Source of the DNA: Eledone cirrhosa
Taxonomy: Eukaryota
Assembly (NCBI GenBank): GCA_964016885.1
Contig: OZ024757.1
Location: forward strand, 11,346,001 to 11,410,000
DNA: 64,000 bases
Reading direction: 5' to 3'
The translations under genes were made by a program, and so were the position numbers. Below are positions 1-11,130 of this stretch, one piece after another; within the stretch, counting starts at the first letter, position 1, and each line of letters starts with the position of its first letter. Under the pieces are notes generated by a model. It did not search any database and was not told the origin of the DNA. It saw nothing but the letters and a program-made list of their open reading frames with translations.

Positions 1-2465
1 GAAGGCTCTGAACAAGGATATCCAAAGCTACACTCAGTACACAGTAATGTTAGGTAGGCCCTGAACAAGGATATCCAAATCTAAACTCAGTACACAGTAA
101 TGATAGGAAGGCCCTGAACTAGGATATCCAAATCTACACTTAGTACACAGTTATGTTAAGAAGGCCCTGAACAAGGATATAAAAGGCTACACTCTGTACA
201 CAGTGGTGTTAGGAAGGCCGTGAACATGGATTTGCAAATCTACACTTAGTAAACAGTAATGTTAGGAAGGCACTAAACAAGGATATAACATTTTACACTT
301 AGTACACAGTATTGTTAGGAAGGCCCTGAACAAGGATATCCAAATCTACACTTACAACACAGTGGTGTTAGGAACGCCCAGAACAAGGATGTTAAAATGT
401 ACACTTAGTACACAGTAATGTCAGGAAAGCCCTGAACAAGGATATCCAAATCTACACTCAGTACACAGTAATGTTAGGAAGGCCCTGTGTACAACACTTA
501 GTAAACAGCAATTTTAGGAAGGCCCTGAACAAGGATATAAAATGCTACACATAGTACAACGTGGTGTTATGAAGGCCCTCAACAAGGATATAAAATGCTA
601 CACTTACAACGCAGTGGTTTTTGGTTAGGCCCTGAACAAGGATATCCAAATCTACACTTAGTACACAGTAATGATAGGAAGGCCCTGAACAAGGATATAA
701 AATGCTACACTCAGTACACAGTGGTGTAAGGAAGGCCCTGAACAAGGATTTCCAAATCTACACTTAGTAGACAGTAATGTTAAGAAGGCGCTGAACAAGG
801 ATATAAAATGTTACACTTACAACACAGTAATGGTAGGAAGGCCCTGAACAAGGATATCAAAATCTACACTTCCAACACAGTGGTGTTAGGAAGGCCCAGA
901 ACAAGGATGTTAAAATGTACACTCAGTACACACTAATGTTAGGCAGGCCCTGATCAAGGATATCCAAGTCTACACTCAGTACACAGTAAAGTTAGGAAGG
1001 CCCTGAACAAGGATATCCAAATCTAAACTCATTATACAGTAATGATAGGAAGGACCTGAACAAGCATATCCAAATCTGTACTTAGTACACAGTTATGTTA
1101 AGAAGGCCCTGAACAAGGATATAACATTTTAGACTTAGTACACAGTAATGTTTAGGAAGGCCCTGAACAAGGATATCAAAATCTACACTTACAACACAGT
1201 AATGGTAGGAAGGCTCTGAACAAGTATATCAAAATCTACACTTACAACACAGTAACGTTAGGAAAGCCCTGAACAAGGATATCCCAATCTACACTCAGTT
1301 CACAGTAATGTCAGGAAGGCCCTGAACAAGGACATAATATGCTACACTTAGTACACAGCAATGTTAGGAAGGCCCTGAACAAGGATATAAAATGCTACAC
1401 ATAGTACAACGTGGTCTTAGGAAGGCCCTCACACAAGGATATGAAATGCTACACTTACAACGTAGTGGTGTTAGGAAGCCCCTGAACAAGGATATCCAAA
1501 TCTACACTCAGTACACAGTTATGTTAGGAGGCGCTGAAAAGGATATAAAATGCTACACTCAGTACACAATGGTGTTAGCAAGGCCACGAGCAAGGATTTC
1601 CAAATCTACTCTTAGTAAACAGTAATGTTAGGAAGGCCCTGAACAAGGATATCAAATTCTACACTTACAATACAGTGGTGTTAAGAAGGCCCAGAACAAG
1701 GATGTTAAAATGTACACTCAGTACACAGTAATGTCATGAAGGCCCTGAACAAGGATATAAAATGCTACACATAGTACAACATGGTGTTAGGAAGGCCCTC
1801 AACAAGGATATAAAATGCTACACTTACAACGCAGTGGTGTTAGGAAGCCCCTGAACAAGGATATTCAAACCTACACTTAGTACACAGTAATGTTAGGAAG
1901 GCCCTGAACAAGGATATAAAATGCTACACTCAGTACACAGTGGTGTTAGGAAGGCCCTGAACAAGGATTTCCAAATCTACACTTAGTAAACAGTAATGTT
2001 AGGAAGGCTCTGAACAAGGATATAAAATGTTACACTTAGTACACAGTAATGGTAGGAAGGCCCTGAACAAGGATATTAAAATCTACACTTATAACACAGT
2101 GGTGTTAGGAAGGCCCTGAACAAGGATTTCCAAATCTACACTTAGTAAACAGTAATGTTAGGAAGGCCTCTTAACAAGGATATAAAATTTTACACTTAGT
2201 ACACAGTAATGGTAGGAAGGCCCTGAACAAGGATATTAAAATCTACACTTACAACACAGTGGTGTTTGGAAGGCCCAGAACAAGGATGTTAAAATCTACA
2301 CTTAGTAAACAGTAATGTTAGGAAGGCCCTGAACAAGGATATAACATGTTACACTTAGTACACAGTAATGGTAGGAAGGCCCAGAACAAGGATGTTAAAA
2401 TCTACATTCAGTACACAGTAACGTTAGGAAGGCACAGAAGAAGTATATATAATGCCACACTTAAA
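1..2465. repeat. 53-bp tandem satellite/minisatellite, ~46 units, runs off the left edge
   Basis: Unit ~GAAGGCCCTGAACAAGGATATCCAAATCTACACTTAGTACACAGTAATGTTAG recurs at a 53-bp period (starts at 1, 54, 107...). Variants include CAAATCTACAC/AAAATGCTACAC and GTAATGTT/GTGGTGTT. It degenerates at ~2430-2470. Confidence 0.97.
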
Positions 2466-2764
2466 ACATTACTGGTACTTTATTTTACTGAACCTCTAAG
2501 GAAGAAGATTAAAGATAACCTCAGCAGGATTTTACTACAGAACGTAAAGGGATGTAACTATATGACACAAAGCATATCGTCTGACACTCTACTGATTCTG
2601 CCAATCCACCACCCTCACCAATAAAATAAGATTGTGTATGTATAAGAAACCTTAATGACAAATATGAAGTGGAACTTCCTCGAGAGTGTATTTGTGGATT
2701 ACAATACAAAACCTCTGAGAATGGTTTCTAACATATTTCACCATAATAAATGTTCATTAATATA

Positions 2765-2985
2765 TATTATAATTATTATTATTTATTAGGTCAGGTGGAT
2801 TGGCCAGAACAATTGAACAGTTCTTTTTTAGATGTCATGATCTTCCATGGCATTCCTGAGATCATTAATCTCCAGCTGGACATGCTGAGACATCTGATCT
2901 ATGTAGGTCAATCTCGGTCATCCCACTAGGGTCTTACAATGTTTAGGTATCCACCACAGGAGCCAGCTCATCAGGTCATACTACC
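2765..2985 (-). mobile_element. Decayed 3' end of an RTE-type non-LTR retrotransposon (LINE)
   Basis: Hand translation of the minus strand 2980->2786 gives YDLMSWLLWWIPKHCKTLVG*PRLTYIDQMSQHVQLEINDLRNAMEDHDI*KRTVQLFWPIHLT*. This resembles the RTE-type ORF C-terminus (LLW.PKHG....GRP..TYIDQL......L...M.DR..W). It has two internal stops and is followed by a (TAA)-like tail. Family assigned by motif recall. Confidence 0.65.
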
Positions 2986-3079
2986 CTCAGTAGCAATATA
3001 TATATATATACACACAGACAGACACACATATATATATTTATTTTCTTCTTTCCAGAGTGTGTCTGTATATTTGTGTGTT

Positions 3080-3357
3080 TCACATTTCACAGTGATGGGG
3101 TTTATCACTAGTGTTGACTACATTTGTGGACAACCAGCGAAGTAATCCATGGGAAAGATTTCTCATATTTCACAATGGAAGGGTTTTTCTCCAGTGTGAC
3201 TCCGTATGTGGATGACAAGATTAGAATTATAAGTGAAAGATTTCCCACATATTTCACAGTGGAAGGGTTTTTCTCCAGTGTGTATTTTCCCATGTGAAGA
3301 TAGTTTCAGTTTTGAAGAGAAAGTTTTCCTGCAAATCTCACAGCTATATTCAGACAT
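3080..3357 (-). pseudogene. C2H2 zinc-finger array remnant (2 intact fingers, degraded 3rd and 4th)
   Basis: ORF 3163-3357 reads [61 protein letters not shown], with two TGEKPF linkers. The finger pattern continues in shifted frames (EKSFPWITSLVVHKCS; TSDKPHHCEM*), i.e. frameshifts and stops. Confidence 0.85.
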
Positions 3358-3417
3358 ATTTCTAGCTAGAGATCTTTACATAAAGGATTATCACCACTTC
3401 TACTCATACATTAAGAT

Positions 3418-3600
3418 ATGTAGGTATGGTTAATAGATGCTATGTAGTCTAATATACAAAGGGTCCATAAAAGACTGCAGAACTCCGCTTTCTTCTTCTA
3501 CAAAGTTGTAATGTAGACATCAGTTGGTACAAGTAATAAGACATATGACATCGTAAGACTGATCTTGGGTGAAGAAAAAGCAAGTGCTTATATATGTATA
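3418..3600 (+). repeat. ~180-bp dispersed segment, copy 1 (direct repeat of 15402-15588)
   Basis: Shared blocks include TTAATAGATGC, CCATAAAAGACTGCAGAACT, GCTTTCTTCTTCTACAAAG, GACATATGACA and AAGACTGAT; roughly 75-80% identity by eye. Confidence 0.85.
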
Positions 3601-3792
3601 TCATCATCATCATCATCACCGTTTTACGTCTGTTCTTCCACACTAACATGGGTTGAACGGGTTGTCCTGTTGTGGGCAGTGTCCAGTCAGCTGACCTTGT
3701 CTTGCACATACGGGAACTGATTCTGGCTTGATTTCTACAGCTGGATGCCCTTCCTAACACCAACCTCATTTACATTGAGTGATGTGTGCTTT
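3600..3792 (-). mobile_element. 5'-truncated SINE (3' half) with (ATG)n tail
   Basis: Reverse complement contains GGTGTTAGGAAGGGCATCCAGCTGTAGAAATCAAG and ends ...GACGTAAAACGGTGATGATGATG. It shares 57 bp (2 mismatches) and the tail motif with the SINE at 3811-4110. Confidence 0.8.
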
Positions 3793-3810
3793 ATATATAT
3801 ATATAGATGA

Positions 3811-4110
3811 AGGCACATGGCTTAGTGGTTAGAGCATTGGCCTTGCAATCGAAAGGTTGTGAGTTCAATTCTCAGACCGGGTAAAGTGTCTTGCTCAAGG
3901 GAGCAAGACACTTTATTTCACATTGCTCCAGTTTACTCAGCTGTAGAAATGAGATGATAGGGACTGCCACGGCAAAAAGCACCAAACACTCACTGTACAG
4001 CAGGTTAGTGTTAGGAAGGGCATCCAGCTGTAGAAATCAAGTCAGAATCAGTTCCCGTCCCAGCCTTGCAAGCAGGGTAAAGTGGACGTAAAATGAAATG
4101 AATGAATGAT
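3811..4110 (+). mobile_element. tRNA-derived SINE, near full length
   Basis: Pol III A box TGGCTTAGTGG (3818-3828) and B box GAGTTCAATTC (3861-3871). The central GAGCAAGACACTTTATTTCACATTGCTCCAGTTTACTCAGCTG resembles conserved invertebrate SINE core domains. The tail is GGACGTAAAATGAAATGAATGAATGAT. Confidence 0.85.
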
Positions 4111-4124
4111 CTTTATATTTAGTT

Positions 4125-4212
<88 letters not shown>
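4109..4212 (+). repeat. Left flank unit: ATCTTTATATTTAGTTGTTAT + (CT)n + (TA)n; PLE insertion site
   Basis: The same unit occurs twice in direct orientation on the right flank (14902-15010). Confidence 0.85.
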
Positions 4213-4216
<4 letters not shown>

Positions 4217-4410
4217 GATAAATCTACCAAGAGTTTACGGTAGTGTCCAATCCGTATGAAGAACTCAATGTAATCCGGATATCATGGAAAGAAGAGATGC
4301 AATGAAAAATCACTTTCGGTGAAAGATAAACGGAATACAGAGTCAAGATAAAATATTAAAAAAATAATGAATAAAACAATGAAACAGTTCCTTATATTAA
4401 ACAAAAAAAG

Positions 4411-4564
4411 TTCATTATTTAACGATCGTTTCTAGGATATATATGTGTTAGAATTGGCATGCATATTCAACAGATCTATGTACAAAATTATACAAAATTA
4501 TACAAACTATCAAAATTAAATATACATACCAACACATATATATGCCGTCTTCAGAAATAATGAA
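4411..4564 (-). ncRNA. Type I minimal hammerhead ribozyme with long stem II
   Basis: Minus strand reads TTCATTATTT-CTGAAGA-[115 nt including ATATATATGTGTTGG/CTAACACATATATAT stem]-GAAA-C-GATC-G-TT-AAATAATGAA. This gives a 10-bp stem I, both core boxes, a palindromic GAUC stem III loop and a GUU cleavage triplet (predicted cut between 4421 and 4420). Confidence 0.8.
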
Positions 4565-5149
4565 ATATATTTATTGATAATAACAACAATTCAAAATTAC
4601 AGGTCTGTTTGGGAACAGAGTTCAAATTGACCAATGAAAACACAAAAAGTTTATACAGTTAGGTGTGTGTATATATGTAAGTAACTTCGTTCACAGATAT
4701 GCATAAAAATATATGTTCACATGCATACGCATGCCGAAAAGATGTATGTAAATACAAAAATTCAAGGCTAATGTCTCTGTATGTTTATAATCTACAGCTA
4801 AAATACGTATACGCATATAAATATAAAAATAAACATATACACACATTCATATACTCACACATATACGTACATTCACACACACACGCGCGTATACGCATAA
4901 ACATACACACAACCACGAACATACATTCACACACACACCCCCACACACATATATGTGTATATATTATTATCATAAGCATATGGAGATTAATGCGCGCACA
5001 TAAACACTGCCACACATATTTAGATCTAGATACAGAAAGTAGGTGGGTGGGGGGGGGGGGGGGGGGGGGAGGTCAGTATTTAGCGGTGTCAGCAAGCTGC
5101 CTATTTATAAATGTATCTATAAATTTAGAAATAAAAAGAAAAAGAAAAA

Positions 5150-5268
5150 AGAAATATATTAAGAAAATACATATATATATATATATACATATATATATAC
5201 ACACACACATACATACATATATATATATACAAACAAGTAAAATATAAAATATACATCAATATACATAC

Positions 5269-5326
<58 letters not shown>

Positions 5327-5553
5327 ACGTATATATACATACATATACATACACATATACATAAACACACACATACACATACATATACATACACACACCA
5401 TATAAATACACATACACACATATAGAGACACATACATATACACATATAAATACATAGACATATACACATATACACACATATATATATATAAACATACACA
5501 CATACATATATATATATCCATTCACAACACACATATATATATATATATATATT

Positions 5554-5597
<44 letters not shown>

Positions 5598-5683
5598 CAC
5601 ATATCTACACACATATAAAACACACTCATGTATATACACACACACACATACATACCCACACATATATATATATATATACACAT

Positions 5684-5733
<50 letters not shown>

Positions 5734-5830
5734 ATATACATATATATATATACATATATATACACACATACATACACTCACATACACATACACATATACA
5801 AAGATATATATACATACACACACACATATA

Positions 5831-5877
<47 letters not shown>

Positions 5878-6262
5878 TATATACATACATACACACACAT
5901 ACATACACATACATATACGCATATATACACATACATACACATCCATGTATGCGTATATACATACAAACACCACCACACGCTCACACAACTCAGACATACA
6001 TAAATAAAGGGATATACATACACATATATACATATATAAATAGAGATACATATACAGATATAAATATATACACACATACACACATACATACACATACATA
6101 TGCACACGCTCACACAACTCAGACATACATAAATAAAGGGATATACATACACATATATACATATATAAATAGAGATACATATACACATATAAATATATAC
6201 ACTCATACACACACATACACACATACACACACATACATACACACATACACATATATACACAC

Positions 6263-6357
<95 letters not shown>

Positions 6358-6457
6358 CATATATACATATATATAAAAAAATAAAGAAATAAAAGAAAGA
6401 AATAAATTAATACACACAGTCAGACAAATATGCACACACATACATATACATATATAT

Positions 6458-6494
<37 letters not shown>

Positions 6495-6531
6495 CATACA
6501 TATATATATACACATACACACATCAACTACA

Positions 6532-6567
<36 letters not shown>

Positions 6568-6850
6568 CAAACACTCACATATACATGCGCACACACGTAC
6601 ATATATACACATACACACATATACACATAGACGTATACATGTGCATACATATACATACACACATATACCCACATAAATACATAGATACATATATATATAT
6701 ATACACATACATATATATATATATATACACATATATATATATATATATACACAATCATACATCCTTATTTACATGCGCACATATGTATTTTTATACTCAC
6801 ATACAAACACCCAAACATACATACCTACCTACATATACATACATACATCC
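5150..6850. repeat. Compound (TA)n/(CA)n/(TACA)n microsatellite field in left PLE 3' region
   Basis: Directly visible. It generates the spurious Y/I/C/V/M/H/T ORFs and is mirrored at ~12210-14100. Confidence 0.95.
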
Positions 6851-7967
6851 ACGCTTACAAATACAAATAATAATAGGGGGGAAAAGGGGGGGGGGATTAT
6901 AGTAAATATAGGTTTCAAGAAACATAGAATATTAATCTGTATTTAGATCATAATATGCGTTTACATAGTAGTTTCAGTATTAGGAAATGTAAGAAAGAAG
7001 GCAAAATTATGCATTTTAATAGTAGACTATTAATTATAGGTTAACTAAAATAAAGATAGTTAATATATTGATTTCTAAGGTGTATACTACTTAGGTTTAT
7101 AATATTTGAAGCGGAATTTTGAAGTTAAATAGTAGTAGAGTATTAATTATAGTATAACTAAATTAAAATTATTAACGTTATGGTATCAATATTAGGAAAT
7201 GAATTTAGTAATAGGGAAAAAAACAAATAAAGTATTACATCGGTAGTAGAATATAAATTATAGGTTAACTAAATTAAAAATTATATATTAATTTCTATAG
7301 TATATGTTAATTTGGTTTATAATAATTAAAACAGATATTGTATTTTATCTATAGTAGAATATAATTATAGGTAAACAGAAATGAAAATTAATACATACAC
7401 ATATATATATACATATACATATATATATATACATACATATACATATATATACATACACATACATATATATACATACATATACATATATATACATACACAT
7501 ACATATTTTTTCAAAAATTGCAAAGAATATATTAACTAGGTATACATCCAAAACCTATCTCAGTCTATGATCACATGACACTCTGCAATCCATCTGTATT
7601 AGGATATTAATTTTAAGCCAATTAAATTAAATTTTTAGGTTAAACAAATTTAAAACCAAATTATAAATATATTTCTAAAATGTACATTAATTAGGTCTAT
7701 AATATTAAAAATTATTTCTCTGTCATTGAATACACGATATTTTGTTATATTTTATCTGTAAAGGAATTTTAATAAAAGGTTAAATAAATTAAAATTAATC
7801 TATAAATTAATTTACGAAGTATATATTAGTAATATTTAAAAATTTTTCACAATTTATGATTACACAATATTTTATAATCTCATCTGTAGTAGAATTTTAA
7901 TTAAATTAAATTTATAGGTTAACTAACATTTAAATTAAATTATATATTAATTTCTAAAATAATGTTA

Positions 7968-8900
7968 TTAATTAGGTTTATAATATTTAAATGTTTTTCT
8001 TAGTTTATGATTACACGATATAATTAATTCCTGTCGTTTATTTAATAGGATATCCTTAGATTTCATTATTTCAAATAGTTCTTGGGAACATAATCTACAT
8101 TCATTTCTATTATTTTGATAAGGGGTGGCTCTTTTGAGCACACTCCAGGTCATATCATATTCTATATTCTTATTTTTATAACTATTGATTTTTTCTGCTA
8201 GAGATGTTGTATTAGCCAGTGCGGCATTTTTAAAACTATGTTTGTGGGTATTAAACCTTACCTTAAAATTGTTATATGAGCAAATAGAATCTTTAGTTTT
8301 AACATTACATTTATAAACTATGTTGTTAACAAGACAATTTCCTTTTAATGGGCAGTTTGCTTTGTTTCTACAGTTACAACCTTTCGTTAATTCTGTATTT
8401 GAGGAGATATTATGGTTAGTTTGATGTATTGGTGGTATACTTATGGTATTCTTACATTTATATGCATTATAGGCACTTATATTTTGTTTTATGTTATTTG
8501 TTGTTGAGTATGAGAATTTAACTGTAGACCTATTTAAGATTTGATGGTATTTGTGGTTTGGCGGGAAATTTTTCTCTAGGATATAAAAATTTTTTTTAGC
8601 AATATTATCCTTAATTTGTAAATTAAATGGAGCATTATACCAAGTAACTCGTCTATTACGGTTTCTATGTTGTTTATTATTTTTATAGGTTGTATCGTGA
8701 TGTTTACTAGGAGGATTAATGTTAATGATCCCACCACGCACATTTTTAGTTAGATTTGTAGATTTAGGTGTTTTATCTTGTTTATTAGGAGTTTTATTAT
8801 TAACATTTATTAGAGTTGTATGATGAGTAGTTTTTTGAGAGTTACTATACTTTATATTAGAAGAGTTGTTGGTATTTTGGGGGTATAGTGTGGGTGGCAT
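7968..8900 (-). pseudogene. PLE linker + GIY-YIG endonuclease, left copy, YIG motif disrupted
   Basis: Reads CNCRNKANCPLKGNCLVNNIVYKC...ICSY-NNFKVRFNTHKHSF...ECRLCSQE. It matches the right copy except for an in-frame 15-bp deletion of IGATS near 8275. Confidence 0.88.
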
Positions 8901-9804
8901 TTAGGTGTGTACTTTTCATTTGGCGTTTGTTGGTAATATTAGGTTGTATGTTTATAGTATTTTTAGTAGAAGGTATATATTCTAATCTATTTTTGTGGCC
9001 ACTTCTATCTAGAGCTTCGTTATAGAAAGTCGCATTTTTATCAAATGCATCTTGGTTAGAAGAAAGGTTAGAAATTCTAAGTGATATATTATATGCAAGG
9101 TTTTTAAGGATAGATTTAGGGTGATTAGATTGTGAGTGTATGTAGTGTAAGTTTTGGTTGGGTTTATGGTAAGGTTGGTAGATACCCGTAGCTAAGTCTA
9201 AAGTTATATCTAGGAAATTTACTACTTTACTTGTTTTTTCAAAAGTAATATGAAGACTATAATAGTCTTTAAGGAAAGTTCTAATATGCTTTTTGTTTTT
9301 TTCTATTTCTGAAAGGCTAAGGTTGTTGGAAAGAAGAAGACAGTCATCACGATATAAACCACCTTTAAGGTGGGGAAAGGAGGCATTTATGTTGAAAAGG
9401 AGAAAGAGGCCCACAAGATCAGTAATTTGGGCGGAATCGCTTGAACCCATAGTAATATCAAATAGATTACTATATGTGTTTCTGGTCCAGTATTCATTCT
9501 GAAATTCAATAAGTGTTAGTCTAGCATGTGTAATAATATTAATGTCATCCAAAGTTAAGTTAGATCTATTTTTAGCAAATATCAATGCTTTGTTCAGGAG
9601 TATAGGTGATATAGAAGAATAGTAATTATCTATATCAAATTGTAGAAATGAAGCAGAAGATTTACATCTAATATTTTTAAACCAGTTAATTACCTGGGAA
9701 GTGTTTTCCCAGAGTGGTAAAATAACGTGTTTTCTTATTTGTGGGATGACTCTATCCAAAGTTTTTTTGCTAATTATTCCAATATCAGATTTGGAGGGAC
9801 ATAT
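8857..9804 (-). pseudogene. PLE reverse transcriptase, 5'-truncated, frameshifted from the endonuclease
   Basis: Motifs FLQFDIDNYYSSI, FDITMGSSDSAQITDLVG, GGLYRDDCLL (catalytic YxDD), VNFLDITLDL and YIHSQSNHP. The frame extends upstream of 9759 as ICPSKSDIGIISKKTL up to the inversion junction. Confidence 0.92.
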
Positions 9805-9826
9805 ATTGGAATAATTAGCAAAAAAA
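9762..9826. repeat. 24-bp perfect fold-back hairpin at the palindrome centre
   Basis: TTTTTTTGCTAATTATTCCAATAT (9762-9785) pairs with ATATTGGAATAATTAGCAAAAAAA (9803-9826) around a 17-nt loop. Confidence 0.92.
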
Positions 9827-10182
9827 TTTTCATATTACTTTTGAAAAAACAAGTAAAGTAGTAAATTTCCTAGATATAACTTTAGACTTAGCTACGGGTA
9901 TCTACCAACCTTACCATAAACCCAACCAAAACTTACACTACATACACTCACAATCTAATCACCCTAAATCTATCCTTAAAAACCTTGCATATAATATATC
10001 ACTTAGAATTTCTAACCTTTCTTCTAACCAAGATGCATTTGATAAAAATGCGACTTTCTATAACGAAGCTCTAGATAGAAGTGGCCACAAAAATAGATTA
10101 GAATATATACCTTCTACTAAAAATACTATAAACATACAACCTAATATTACCAACAAACGCCAAATGAAAAGTACACACCTAA

Positions 10183-11130
10183 ATGCCACCCACACTATAC
10201 CCCCAAAATACCAACAACTCTTCTAATATAAAGTATAGTAACTCTCAAAAAACTACTCATCATACAACTCTAATAAATGTTAATAATAAAACTCCTAATA
10301 AACAAGATAAAACACCTAAATCTACAAATCTAACTAAAAATGTGCGTGGTGGGATCATTAACATTAATCCTCCTAGTAAACATCACGATACAACCTATAA
10401 AAATAATAAACAACATAGAAACCGTAATAGACGAGTTACTTGGTATAATGCTCCATTTAATTTACAAATTAAGGATAATATTGCTAAAAAAAATTTTTAT
10501 ATCCTAGAGAAAAATTTCCCGCCAAACCACAAATACCATCAAATCTTAAATAGGTCTACAGTTAAATTCTCATACTCAACAACAAATAACATAAAACAAA
10601 ATATAAGTGCCTATAATGCATATAAATGTAAGAATACCATAAGTATACCACCAATACATCAAACTAACCATAATATCTCCTCAAATACAGAATTAACGAA
10701 AGGTTGTAACTGTAGAAACAAAGCAAACTGCCCATTAAAAGGAAATTGTCTTGTTAACAACATAGTTTATAAATGTAATGTTAAAACTAAAGATTCTATT
10801 TGCTCATATATAGGAGCTACTTCTAACAATTTTAAGGTAAGGTTTAATACCCACAAACATAGTTTTAAAAATGCCGCACTGGCTAATACAACATCTCTAG
10901 CAGAAAAAATCAATAGTTATAAAAATAAGAATATAGAATATGATATGACCTGGAGTGTGCTCAAAAGAGCCACCCCTTATCAAAATAATAGAAATGAATG
11001 TAGATTATGTTCCCAAGAACTATTTGAAATAATGAAATCTAAGGATATCCTATTAAATAAACGACAGGAATTAATTATATCGTGTAATCATAAACTAAGA
11101 AAAACATTTAAATATTATAAACCTAATTAA
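10183..11130 (+). CDS. PLE linker + GIY-YIG endonuclease ORF (motifs intact; part of a frameshifted, truncated pol)
   Basis: Motifs VTWYNAPF, CNCRNKANC (CxCx5C), NIVY...YIGATSNNFKVRFNTHKHSF, and C-terminal CRLC..E and LLNKRQE. Independent expression is unproven. Confidence 0.8.
   Translation: MPPTLYPQNTNNSSNIKYSNSQKTTHHTTLINVNNKTPNKQDKTPKSTNLTKNVRGGIININPPSKHHDTTYKNNKQHRNRNRRVTWYNAPFNLQIKDNIAKKNFYILEKNFPPNHKYHQILNRSTVKFSYSTTNNIKQNISAYNAYKCKNTISIPPIHQTNHNISSNTELTKGCNCRNKANCPLKGNCLVNNIVYKCNVKTKDSICSYIGATSNNFKVRFNTHKHSFKNAALANTTSLAEKINSYKNKNIEYDMTWSVLKRATPYQNNRNECRLCSQELFEIMKSKDILLNKRQELIISCNHKLRKTFKYYKPN

Larger units (their letters stand above)
4213..9804 (-). mobile_element. Penelope-like retroelement, left copy, 5'-truncated, Hydra-group-like
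   Basis: Contains RT and GIY-YIG frames, a long 3' region and a hammerhead motif near the 3' end, and ends in (TA)n. It is the inverted duplicate of 9829-14889 (in the coding part, paired coordinates sum to 19083). Confidence 0.9.

Noticed and set aside
545-2624. Short ORFs in the 53-bp satellite
   Set aside because: The unit length is not a multiple of 3, so these are chance open frames.
2630-2731. Short Cys-containing frame DCVCIRNLNDKYEVELPRECICGLQYKTSENGF*
   Set aside because: Too short, with no recognisable family and no supported start or splice context.
3811-3880. tRNA gene
   Set aside because: A and B boxes are present but there is no convincing acceptor stem, and it continues into a SINE body and tail.
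5042-5069. G-run as a functional G-quadruplex
   Set aside because: The run is much shorter in the other arm (~14197-14211), consistent with homopolymer slippage or sequencing error.
4699-7551. Many ORFs rich in Y/I/C/V/M/H/T (also 12156-15054)
   Set aside because: These are translations of (TA)n/(CA)n/(TG)n microsatellites, which lack stops in several frames.
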